Source of the DNA: an uncultured Methanosarcinales archaeon
Lineage (GTDB): Archaea > Nanobdellota > Nanobdellia > Woesearchaeales > JACPBV01
Length of the DNA stretch: 35,017 bases
Assembly (NCBI GenBank): GCA_964492935.1
Contig: CAZBLF010000011.1
Location: 1-35,017, forward strand
Reading direction: 5' to 3'
Shown: in pieces, positions 1 to 8,606 of the stretch
Layout: each line of letters begins with the position of its first letter
How positions within the stretch are numbered: position 1 is the stretch's first letter
Program-made: the position numbers and the translations under genes
The notes under the pieces: generated by a model
Seen by the model: only the letters and a program-made list of their open reading frames with translations
Database searches by the model: none
Told to the model about the DNA's origin: nothing

Positions 1-447
1 AATAACTTGGGCTTTGCGTATGATCGTATTGGTCAGTATGAGGAGGCAATTCCGTATTATCAGAATGCTATTTTAATTGATTCAAAGAATTTCAGGGCGT
101 ATTCTAATTTAGGGGTTGCCTATATTCGTTTAGAGAGGTATGGGGTTGCGGTTCGGGCCTTGAATCAGTCTATTCAGTTGGATCCTACGTATGCTAAATC
201 GCATAATTTCTTGAGTATTGCGTATCAGGAGCTCGGAAAGCCAGATGAGGCTCGAGATGCTCTGTTGACTGCGGTTTCTCTCGATCCACTGTATTATGAA
301 GCATATAATAACTTAGGAATTCTGTATGCACGCTATGGCGAGGTAGAGGGTGCTCGGAAGGCTTTCTTGAAGGCTCTGGAAATTAGTCCTTCGTACGAGG
401 ACGCAGCCTACAATCTTCAGATTTTAGAGATTGAAAAACCCCAGTAA
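1..447 (+). CDS. TPR-repeat protein, C-terminal part (5'-truncated by window)
   Basis: Repeated AYxNLG...A...F..AL...P.Y..A TPR units; frame is open back to base 1 (NNLGFAY). Confidence 0.9.
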   Translation, partial: NNLGFAYDRIGQYEEAIPYYQNAILIDSKNFRAYSNLGVAYIRLERYGVAVRALNQSIQLDPTYAKSHNFLSIAYQELGKPDEARDALLTAVSLDPLYYEAYNNLGILYARYGEVEGARKAFLKALEISPSYEDAAYNLQILEIEKPQ

Positions 448-562
448 GGCCCGTGAAGGCCTCACAAGGGAAAAAGAGGTGATAGATTACTATCACATTT
501 CAGGTTGGTTATCTCATATATAAACATTTCTGCTAGATATTATTCCGGAGTGGTGACAAAAA

Positions 563-1969
563 TCATAGTAATTTCTTCAGAACTTCTAAGACTTCTGGAG
601 GCGAGGCTTGGCCGCGAGTGGCTTTCATTACTAGACCGACGATGAAATTTAGTGACTTTTCGTTGCCGGCTTTGTAGTCTTCTACTGCTTGTGGGGCTTC
701 TTTGATTGCGGCTTTGCAGTGTGTTTCCAATTCGCTGCTATCTGCAACTGCTTCTAGTTTTTCGTCTTTGATGTGCTTTTTGATATCGAGATCGGTATGT
801 ACAAGGGTTTCTAGGATTTTTTGTCCTACGGTTTCTGTTATTTTGGATGCTTTTATGCTTGTTAGGAGTTCGATTAAGTGGTGGTCCTTGATTTTGGTGT
901 CGTCGAGCTTCTTTTTTGCGAATTTTAGTACTCGAGGCAATTCTCTTCTAATCCATTTCGCAGCTAGGTCGGGATCTACTTTCTTGGAGACTGCCTCGTA
1001 GAGTTCTGCTAGGGATTTATCTTTACTGATGATTGAGGCCATTTCTTCAGAGATGCCTTGCTCGGAGAATTTCTTGGACTTTTCATGTGCTAATTCTGGC
1101 ATGCTTTGCTCGATTTTCTTCGTCCATTCCTCGGTTAATTCTATTTGCACAAGATCGGGGTCGATGATGTAGCCGTACTCTTCTTCGGATTCCTTTAAGC
1201 GTAAGGTGGTGGAGGTTCCTGAATCTGCATCCCATGATCTGGTTTCTGCTTGGATTTTTTCGTCTTCTTTTACGGCTTTTTGTTGTCTTGCTACTTCGTA
1301 TTTCAATGCGCGTTCGATTTCTTTGAATCCGGTGATGTTTTTTACTTCTACTCTTTGATAATTTGATTCTTTGATCGAAACGTTTGCATCTGCTTTGATG
1401 ATGCACTCGTCGCTGTCGAAGATTTCTAGATATTCTAGGATGGTAATTAATTGTTTCATGAAGTTTCTTGCCTCACCGGGAGAGGTCATCTCGGGTTCGG
1501 TTACTAGTTCTACTAATGGATTTCCGGACCTATTGTAGTCGATTAAGACATATTGTGAGGCTGCTAGGCCGGAGGGATGGATTAAGGATGCGGGGTCTTC
1601 TTCGAGATGAATTCTTGTTAGGTTGATGTTTGTTCCATCTGACAGGGTGAGATGGCCTTTTTCAGCAAGCGGTAGTTCGTATTGGGAGATTTGATAATTC
1701 TTTGATAAATCAGGGTAGAAATAACTCTTTCTTGAGAAGATAAGGGTGTCTGCGATTTGGGATTTGGTTGCTAATGCTAATTTGAGTGCGAACTCGATTG
1801 CTTTTTTGTTGACGACTGGCTTTGAGCCAGGGTGACCTAGGCAGATTTCGCAGGTTCTGGAATTGGGCTCTTGTGATCCGGTTCTGGAGCAGCCGCAAAA
1901 TAGTTTTGTTTCGGTTTTTAGCTCGATGTGGACCTCTAAACCTATTACTACGTCGCTCGTGAACTTCAT
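563..1969 (-). CDS. gatB: Asp/Glu-tRNA amidotransferase subunit B
   Basis: VIGLEVH, KLFC, RKSYFYPDL, RIHLEED, DYNRSGNPLVELVTEP, EVKN motifs; C-terminal YqeY-like tail. Confidence 0.97.
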   Translation of the reverse strand: MKFTSDVVIGLEVHIELKTETKLFCGCSRTGSQEPNSRTCEICLGHPGSKPVVNKKAIEFALKLALATKSQIADTLIFSRKSYFYPDLSKNYQISQYELPLAEKGHLTLSDGTNINLTRIHLEEDPASLIHPSGLAASQYVLIDYNRSGNPLVELVTEPEMTSPGEARNFMKQLITILEYLEIFDSDECIIKADANVSIKESNYQRVEVKNITGFKEIERALKYEVARQQKAVKEDEKIQAETRSWDADSGTSTTLRLKESEEEYGYIIDPDLVQIELTEEWTKKIEQSMPELAHEKSKKFSEQGISEEMASIISKDKSLAELYEAVSKKVDPDLAAKWIRRELPRVLKFAKKKLDDTKIKDHHLIELLTSIKASKITETVGQKILETLVHTDLDIKKHIKDEKLEAVADSSELETHCKAAIKEAPQAVEDYKAGNEKSLNFIVGLVMKATRGQASPPEVLEVLKKLL

Positions 1970-3282
1970 AGTTTGGTACCTACCTTCATTAACGTCTCCT
2001 CTTGGAGATGATCTGCAATTATGAGTAAGCCAATCGGCATGCCTTCTTTATCTTCTCCCACAGGAATGCTCATGTGGGGGAGACCGGCTAGATTGGGGCC
2101 GACGGTCATGATGTCGGATTGGTAGTGTTGTAAGGGAGATAATTTCTTTATGTCTGAGAATTTTGGGGCAACGAAGGGCATGGTTGGAGAAATGAGAATA
2201 TCTACTTTCTTGAAGGCTTTCTTGTACTCGTCGATGATTTTAGTTCTGACTTTAGTTGCCTGTAAGTAATATGCATCTCGGAAGCCGGCCATTCTCGCGA
2301 ATGTACCGATGATGATTCTTCTTTTTGCTTCGGTGTTGAACGTATCTCGTGTTGATTCGAAGTATTCATTGAACGTTCCTTCAATTTTTTCTTGCTTTCC
2401 GTATCTTAATCCTGAATATTTTGCTAGATTGGTTGAGGCTTCGGCCATTGCGAGGAGATAGTAACATGCTACTCCATACTTTTCTGTAATGGGTAGCGTT
2501 ATGTCTTCTACAATTGCGCCTTGGTCTTGTAGCTTTTGAATTCCATCTGCGACCTTTTCTGCAACTTCGATATCTACGCCCTCGCCGAAGTTGTTCTTGA
2601 GTACTCCGATCTTGAGGCCTTTGATCTTCCTTGTAAGTGCTTTCGTGTAATCGGGGACGGGTTCTTGTAGGGAGGTTGAGTCTTTTTCATCATAGCCGGC
2701 AATGATTTGCATCATTGTTGCGATTTCTTCCATGGATTTCGCCATCGGACCGATTTTGTCTAGAGAATTTGCATAATCCATTAATCCATATCTGGAAACT
2801 CGACCATATGTAGGGCAGAAACCGATGACGCCACAGAATGATGCGGGTGCGACAATGGATCCGCCGGTGGATTCTGCTAGGGCTATATGTGGAAATTCGG
2901 CTGCTTTGGTTATTGCGGCTGCTCCCCCTGAAGAACCGCCACAAGATCTCGTCTTATCTACCGGATTCTTCGGTATCTGCATGTCTTTCCCGACATTTAC
3001 AGAAAAAGATCCGAAACCGAAGGCGTCTTGTGCGGTCTTGCCGATGATGGCTGCTCCGGCTTTTCGGATGCGCTCGATGACGGTGGCATCGAACACCGGT
3101 GTATAGCCTTCTAAGATAGCTGAACCGGCACGCGACTCCATACCGCGAACACAAATACAATCCTTCACCGATACTGCGATGTCCTTAAGCGGTCCCTTGG
3201 TGGATTTTGGAGCATCATCTAGGGCGTTAAAGAGATGCAGCTCTTTGTTTATTTTCTTTAAGTCGTCTGCGCGTTTGGTCAT
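1966..3282 (-). CDS. gatA: Asp/Glu-tRNA amidotransferase subunit A (amidase)
   Basis: VSVKD, GGSSGG, TGGS, PTYGRVSRYGL, KRRIIIGTF motifs; overlaps gatB by ATGA. Confidence 0.95.
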   Translation of the reverse strand: MTKRADDLKKINKELHLFNALDDAPKSTKGPLKDIAVSVKDCICVRGMESRAGSAILEGYTPVFDATVIERIRKAGAAIIGKTAQDAFGFGSFSVNVGKDMQIPKNPVDKTRSCGGSSGGAAAITKAAEFPHIALAESTGGSIVAPASFCGVIGFCPTYGRVSRYGLMDYANSLDKIGPMAKSMEEIATMMQIIAGYDEKDSTSLQEPVPDYTKALTRKIKGLKIGVLKNNFGEGVDIEVAEKVADGIQKLQDQGAIVEDITLPITEKYGVACYYLLAMAEASTNLAKYSGLRYGKQEKIEGTFNEYFESTRDTFNTEAKRRIIIGTFARMAGFRDAYYLQATKVRTKIIDEYKKAFKKVDILISPTMPFVAPKFSDIKKLSPLQHYQSDIMTVGPNLAGLPHMSIPVGEDKEGMPIGLLIIADHLQEETLMKVGTKL

Positions 3283-3283
3283 G

Positions 3284-3832
3284 CTATTGTATGGTGACTT
3301 TATTCATGACAACATCTTCATCCGGTTTATCTGCAAATCCTGTCTTGACTTTCTCGATTTTCTCGATGACGTCATAGCCTTCTATGACCTTTCCGAAGAT
3401 TGCGTGTTTGCCATCTAACCAGGGTGTTGCTGCAACCGTAATGAAAAATTGCGATCCGCCTGAATTGGGTCCGGAATTTGCCATGCTTAATATTCCGGGA
3501 GTATCGTGCTTTAATCCTTCACCAAATTCGTCTTCGATGGTGTAGCCAGGTCCACCAGTACCTCTACCGTCAGGATCTCCGCCCTGAATCATAAATTCTG
3601 GAATGACTCGATGAAAGATAACTCCATCATAGAATCCTTTATTGATCAGATCGATGAAATTTTTCGCTGTAATGGGTGCTTTATCTTCAAATACTTCTAC
3701 TTTAAAAGTTCCTTGAGTCGTTTCAAAGACTGCTATGCTATTTTCTGAACTCGTTTCTTCTGTCATTTCTTTGCCTCCGTTGCTGCATGCTGTTAGGAGC
3801 ATGAGTACAGCTATTAGTATTATTTTTTTCAT
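3284..3832 (-). CDS. Cyclophilin-type peptidyl-prolyl isomerase with lipoprotein-like signal peptide
   Basis: FHRVIPEFMIQGGDP, SMANSGPNSGGSQFFIT, WLDGKHAIFG; N-terminus MKKIILIAVLMLLTAC. Confidence 0.95.
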   Translation of the reverse strand: MKKIILIAVLMLLTACSNGGKEMTEETSSENSIAVFETTQGTFKVEVFEDKAPITAKNFIDLINKGFYDGVIFHRVIPEFMIQGGDPDGRGTGGPGYTIEDEFGEGLKHDTPGILSMANSGPNSGGSQFFITVAATPWLDGKHAIFGKVIEGYDVIEKIEKVKTGFADKPDEDVVMNKVTIQ

Positions 3833-4117
3833 TTACACCACCCTTGGACCTTTTATGTATCCATCTTTTTTTTCCTGTACGTTTGCTAATGCTTGTTCTT
3901 GTGAGAGACATTCTTTCTTAATGTCGTCTCTTGTATGGTTCTTGAGTGTGACGGGCTGAAAACTTGATTTGGTATCTTTAGTATTGACTTCTGATAGTTT
4001 TGAGAAGGTTTCCAGTACGTCTTTAAGATCATTTGTGAGGTTCTTCTTTTCTTCTGATGAGAGGTGTAATCGTGCTACTTTAGCTACCTGCTCGATGAGC
4101 GCTTCGTCGACTTTCAT
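3833..4117 (-). CDS. gatC: Asp/Glu-tRNA amidotransferase subunit C
   Basis: VAKVARLHL...RDD...ALAN...DGYIKGPRVV pattern; next to gatA/gatB. Confidence 0.93.
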   Translation of the reverse strand: MKVDEALIEQVAKVARLHLSSEEKKNLTNDLKDVLETFSKLSEVNTKDTKSSFQPVTLKNHTRDDIKKECLSQEQALANVQEKKDGYIKGPRVV

Positions 4118-4153
4118 AGGCTTTGCAGAAAGGGGAGATGTTTAAAAAGTTTG

Positions 4154-4648
4154 TTATACTTTGCCAGAGTAGATTTTATGCCAGGCTTTGACCATTTCGA
4201 TGTCCTCATCGATGAGGGTGAGTGATGTAACATGTTCAGCATCGAAATTGACGATGGCTTCGATCATTGCTTTAGCTGCGTCTTCTTTTGGAATTTTTCC
4301 AGAACCGAGTCCGGGCATCGCTACGTGGGCTATTTTATGTTCCTCTGCACATTCTAGTGCAGCTTGGGTTGCCTCTTTAATGTAGTCCAGCGAGGTTTCG
4401 CCTTCTGGTTGCTCCATGGTGGGGGCGTGAATGATGTGTTCGCATCGTAATTTTCCAGATTGTGTAAGAACAGCTGTGCCTATGGGGATGGGCGATTGCT
4501 CAGCAGCTTCCATCTCAATGTCTTGGCCGCCCTCCTTTTTGATGTCTTCTGCGATTCCACCGCCCATAAAACCATGGGTGTTCGAGGGATTAACAATAGC
4601 ATCTGCGTGAAAGCGTAGGAGATCTTCATGTAGTATTCTAATTTCCAT
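4154..4648 (-). CDS. Macro domain (ADP-ribose binding/hydrolase) protein
   Basis: DAIVNPSN, MGGGIA, IIHAPTM, MPGLGSG motifs. Confidence 0.9.
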   Translation of the reverse strand: MEIRILHEDLLRFHADAIVNPSNTHGFMGGGIAEDIKKEGGQDIEMEAAEQSPIPIGTAVLTQSGKLRCEHIIHAPTMEQPEGETSLDYIKEATQAALECAEEHKIAHVAMPGLGSGKIPKEDAAKAMIEAIVNFDAEHVTSLTLIDEDIEMVKAWHKIYSGKV

Positions 4649-5192
4649 TTTCTTTTAGAAATGCTAACAGTTTTTCTATTGCTAGACGTCTGAATTTTTT
4701 TACGTCTTTGATGTTTTCCATTTCGGCATAGGTATTTTTTGAACCTTCTGGCATAAAGATAGGGTCGTGGCCGAAGCCGTGGTCGCCGCGTTCTGTTAGT
4801 GCGATGGTGCCTTTTTCGGAGCCTACGAAAACAAGTGGGTCTTTTCCGGGTTCACAATAACCGATTGCCGAGATATACTCTGCTGCACGATTGTCTTCGG
4901 TCTCTAGTAGTTTGAGGATTCCTTTTAAGCCGATTCTTGGATGTATGTATGCTGAACAGGTTCCGGGGAATCCTTTGAGAGCATCGATGAACATTCCTGA
5001 ATCTTCTACGATGATGGTTTTGTTTAAGGTGTCGGCTAGTTGTTTTGCTGCTACCTTGGAGATTTCTCCGGGATCGTCGGAACGCATCTCAGGATAATCG
5101 ATTTCGATGTGCTCTAATTCAGCTATGCCTTCTAGAACGGCTTGAAATTCCTCTACCTTGTGCTTGTTAGAGGTGATGAAAGAAATTTTCAT
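4638..5192 (-). CDS. rdgB: Non-canonical purine NTP pyrophosphatase (RdgB/HAM1 family)
   Basis: FITSNKHKVEE, VEDSGMFIDALKGFPG, GFGHDPIF; start moved to 5192 (ATGA overlap with the aspS stop). Confidence 0.9.
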   Translation of the reverse strand: MKISFITSNKHKVEEFQAVLEGIAELEHIEIDYPEMRSDDPGEISKVAAKQLADTLNKTIIVEDSGMFIDALKGFPGTCSAYIHPRIGLKGILKLLETEDNRAAEYISAIGYCEPGKDPLVFVGSEKGTIALTERGDHGFGHDPIFMPEGSKNTYAEMENIKDVKKFRRLAIEKLLAFLKENGN

Positions 5193-6946
5193 TTTTTTGT
5201 GGTTGTAGAAAGATTCAGTTCTTTCATCTGGATGTCGTCTATATTTCCGGGGGAGCCATCCATAGGACATTCTGCTGATTTGTTTTTAGGGAATGCGATT
5301 ACTTCACGGATGTCTGGTTGGTGGAGCATCAATGCTACTACACGATCGAAGCCGATGCCGATGCCGCCATGCGGTGGGGCTCCGTACTTGAAGGCTTCTA
5401 ACAAGAATCCGAAACGTTCTTCGGCTTCTTTTTCATCGAAACCGATGGATTTCATGATTGTTTTCTGGACTTCGGGAGAGTGATTTCTTATGGAGCCGGA
5501 ACCTAATTCCCAACCATTGAGCACTAGGTCGTATTGGGTGCAGATTACTTTGCCGGGATCTGATTCTATGAACTTGATATGTTCTTCTTTTGGCATACAG
5601 AACATATGGTGGGCCATCTCCCATTTTTCGGTATCATCATCCCATTCGTATAATGGAAAATCACTGATCCAACAGAAGTTGAAGTCTTCTTTGTTGTAGA
5701 TCTTGAAATGGTCTGCCAACTTGACTCTAATTCTGCTTAGGACATGGTTGGTAGCTTTTTCTTTATCTGCAATGAACATGAGGATTTGTCCATCCTTTGC
5801 TTTTGTTGCTTTTACTAGATCTTTCTTGATCTTATCTGAGAAGTATTTTGCAATATTTGATTCTAACGTGTTGTTAGCTACTCGCATCCACGCCATTCCT
5901 TTCGCACCGTGTTCTTGTGCAAAGGCAATATATTCATCTAGCTCTTTTCTCGTTAATTCTCCTGGAGAGGCAATGCACTTGATTACTCCTTCGTGCTCCA
6001 TGATTGAGTTGAATACTCCGAAGTCTGAGCCTTTTACGATCTTGTTGACGTTTACTAGCTCTAGATCGAATCTGATGTCTGGTTTGTCCGTTCCGTATTT
6101 GTCCATCGCTTCTTTGTAGGGAATTCTTGGAAAAGGAGTTTTGAGGTCTTTGTTCAGGACTTTCTTCCAGATGTGTTTGAACAGGCCTTCGAAGGTTGTC
6201 CAGAGGTCTTCTAATTCAACGAATGACATCTCTACATCAATTTGAGTATGCTCTGGTTGTCTGTCTGCTCTTAGATCTTCATCTCTCAAGCAAATAGGTA
6301 GTTGAAAATAACGATCCATGCCGGAACACATTAGGATTTGTTTGTATAATTGTGGAGATTGGGGTAGGGCATAGAATTTTCCGGGGTTGACTCTACTCGG
6401 AACGACGTAATCTCGTGCTCCTTCCGGGGTGCTTTTTACTAGCATCGGTGTTGAAATTTCTAGGAAGTTGTTTTCGGTGAAATATTCTCGTGCGGCCTGG
6501 GCTGCGAGATGTCTAATAGCGAGATGGTGCTGCATTTTGGGTCTTCTTAAGTCTAGGTAACGATATTTCATTCGGACTTCTTCTGAAGCTTCTTTTTTAT
6601 CGTCAACCTCGATAGGCGGGGTCATGGCTTTGTTGAGAATTTCAAGATCATCTACAATAACTTCGATTTCTCCTGTTTTGATTTTTGGGTTTTCTAAATC
6701 CTTACCGCGAGCTCGTACCTTTCCCTTAATATGTAGAACGTCTTCTCTGCTGACGTGTTCCGCTATCTTATGTGCGTCTTTGTTGTGTTTTGGATCTAAG
6801 ACGATTTGTGTTAGTCCGTATCTATCTCTTAAGTCTACGAAGATGATTCCGCCGTGGTCTCTGCGAGAGGCCATCCAGCCTGCTAGCTCAACTGTTTCCT
6901 TGATTTCTTTCTTGCTGAGTTCGCCACAGGTGTGAGTTCTTTTCAT
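5189..6946 (-). CDS. aspS: Aspartyl-tRNA synthetase, bacterial type with GAD insertion, probably non-discriminating
   Basis: MKRTHTCGEL, RRDHGG, YRYLDLRR, TPEGARDY, YALPQSPQLYKQ, RDEDLRADRQPE, GAPPHGG, IREVIAFPK; 585 aa. Confidence 0.97.
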   Translation of the reverse strand: MKRTHTCGELSKKEIKETVELAGWMASRRDHGGIIFVDLRDRYGLTQIVLDPKHNKDAHKIAEHVSREDVLHIKGKVRARGKDLENPKIKTGEIEVIVDDLEILNKAMTPPIEVDDKKEASEEVRMKYRYLDLRRPKMQHHLAIRHLAAQAAREYFTENNFLEISTPMLVKSTPEGARDYVVPSRVNPGKFYALPQSPQLYKQILMCSGMDRYFQLPICLRDEDLRADRQPEHTQIDVEMSFVELEDLWTTFEGLFKHIWKKVLNKDLKTPFPRIPYKEAMDKYGTDKPDIRFDLELVNVNKIVKGSDFGVFNSIMEHEGVIKCIASPGELTRKELDEYIAFAQEHGAKGMAWMRVANNTLESNIAKYFSDKIKKDLVKATKAKDGQILMFIADKEKATNHVLSRIRVKLADHFKIYNKEDFNFCWISDFPLYEWDDDTEKWEMAHHMFCMPKEEHIKFIESDPGKVICTQYDLVLNGWELGSGSIRNHSPEVQKTIMKSIGFDEKEAEERFGFLLEAFKYGAPPHGGIGIGFDRVVALMLHQPDIREVIAFPKNKSAECPMDGSPGNIDDIQMKELNLSTTTKK

Positions 6947-6998
6947 AAGAGGTTGGATTTGAGATATGGTTTATAAAGGTTTTCTGTTTTCTATTAGT

Positions 6999-7922
6999 AT
7001 GACTGCATTTCCCAAGTTAAAAGGTAAGGCTTTGCTTAGTCCGATGGCTGGCGTTACTGATGTTGCGTTTCGTGCTTTGTGTAAGAAGTATGGTGCTGCA
7101 TTGACGTATACTGAGTTCTTATCTAGTGCTGCTCTTGTTCGAGGGAGTATGCACACCGAGAAGATGTTGGCGGTGGATAAAAGCGAAAAGCCGGTTGCTG
7201 TTCAGTTGTTTGGAAGTGATGTTAATGAGGTTGTTGAAGCTGCTCGGATTGTATCAGATAGGTTTGATATTATTGATATTAATTGTGGCTGTCCGGCGTG
7301 GAAGGTGATTAAGACTGGGAGTGGGAGTGCTTTATTGAATGATCCTGCGAAAATAGCTGGTTTTGTTTCTAAACTTGTGGGTGCAGTTAATAATCCTATT
7401 ACGGTTAAGATTAGAAGTGGGTTGACGGCTGATACGATTAATGCGGTTGCGGTTGCAAAAGCTATTGAGGATGCTGGTGCTTCAGCAGTTGCCATTCATG
7501 GTCGTACTCAGAAACAAGGCTATGCTGGGGAGGCGGATTGGTCTATTATAAAGAAGGTGAAGGATGCTGTAAGTATTCCTGTTATTGGGAATGGTGACGT
7601 TGCTAGTCCTGAAGTGTTTAAATCGCGCTTGGAGTCGAGCGGGGTTGATTATATCATGATAGCAAGAGCTGCGATGAATAATCCTTTCTTGTTTAAGCAG
7701 ATTTCTGACTATTTGGCGAAGGGTGCGTATCGGAATAAGAGTAAGAAGGTGTTGTTTAAGGAGTATTTGAAGCTGGCAAAGAAGTTTTCGATTGACTTTT
7801 CGATTGTAAAGAATCATGCGATGTCTTTTTCTAAAGGTGTTCCGGGTGGTGCTAAGGTTAGAGGTAAGTTGGCGCAGGTAAAGGAGATTGCTGACTTAGA
7901 AACGGTGTTTGATGAACTCTAA
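6999..7922 (+). CDS. dus: tRNA-dihydrouridine synthase (DusB-like)
   Basis: LSPMAGVTD, VQLFG, IDINCGCP, TVKIRSG, IHGRT, PVIGNGD; TATA box at ~6970 favours the ATG at 6999. Confidence 0.93.
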   Translation: MTAFPKLKGKALLSPMAGVTDVAFRALCKKYGAALTYTEFLSSAALVRGSMHTEKMLAVDKSEKPVAVQLFGSDVNEVVEAARIVSDRFDIIDINCGCPAWKVIKTGSGSALLNDPAKIAGFVSKLVGAVNNPITVKIRSGLTADTINAVAVAKAIEDAGASAVAIHGRTQKQGYAGEADWSIIKKVKDAVSIPVIGNGDVASPEVFKSRLESSGVDYIMIARAAMNNPFLFKQISDYLAKGAYRNKSKKVLFKEYLKLAKKFSIDFSIVKNHAMSFSKGVPGGAKVRGKLAQVKEIADLETVFDEL

Positions 7923-8497
7923 ACTTTCCCTTTAATGGATAATTCGCAGAGAAGGTCTTCTAATTTCTTTAAATCGTATTTGACTGAGTCGAACTTTCTT
8001 CTTAAGTCGTTCTCGCGAATATCTAGTTGGAGGAAATAGCTGAAGATGTCTTCTACGGCTTCTTTTGCCTTTTCGGTTTCTTTGAAGTTGCCTTTTGCTG
8101 CTTTGTTGACGGCTCTTCTTGTGAGTTCTCCGGTTAAGTCACATAATCCTGAAAGGTAATTTGAGACGTTGATGAACTCTGGGGTGTAGGGAATGATGGT
8201 GTTGTTCTTTACGTATTCAAAGTAGCCGATTGCTTCTACGTATTCCTGGATTGCTACTCGTAGGCTTCCTTCGCTCAAGAGCTTGGTGGTGTTTGCTAGA
8301 GTGGATAATGTTTTTACTTCTGCTTTGATTTTCTTTGCAAGAATTGAGGCTTCTTTAGGATCATCTCTGTGTACGGCATAGATTAATTGTTTAGATTGCT
8401 TTAACACTACACGCGATTGGATGATGACTTTCTCTCGTTGTGAGTCGTAGTCGTCCATTGCTTTCTTCACTTTCATGAAGTTTTGTTTGTTGATCAT
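7919..8497 (-). CDS. Translin/TRAX (C3PO)-family protein
   Basis: D..RE..I..SR, QEYVEA, YLSGLCDLTGELTR, LRRKFD motifs. Confidence 0.88.
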   Translation of the reverse strand: MINKQNFMKVKKAMDDYDSQREKVIIQSRVVLKQSKQLIYAVHRDDPKEASILAKKIKAEVKTLSTLANTTKLLSEGSLRVAIQEYVEAIGYFEYVKNNTIIPYTPEFINVSNYLSGLCDLTGELTRRAVNKAAKGNFKETEKAKEAVEDIFSYFLQLDIRENDLRRKFDSVKYDLKKLEDLLCELSIKGKV

Positions 8498-8606
8498 GGT
8501 ACTTTTAGATTCGAAGTCTCTTTATAAATGTTTTCTTGAATCTAATCGTCACTCCAGAGAGAGAACAGGTGTAAAGGTTTTTAAAAGAGGCATCAGTATC
8601 GTACGT

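Noticed and set aside
5193..5270. N-terminal extension of the RdgB ORF in the track
   Set aside because: Overlaps aspS; the family motif starts at MKISFITSN (5192) with ATGA coupling
702..6935. Many short ORFs antisense or out of frame within gatB, gatA and aspS
   Set aside because: Shadows of well-conserved genes
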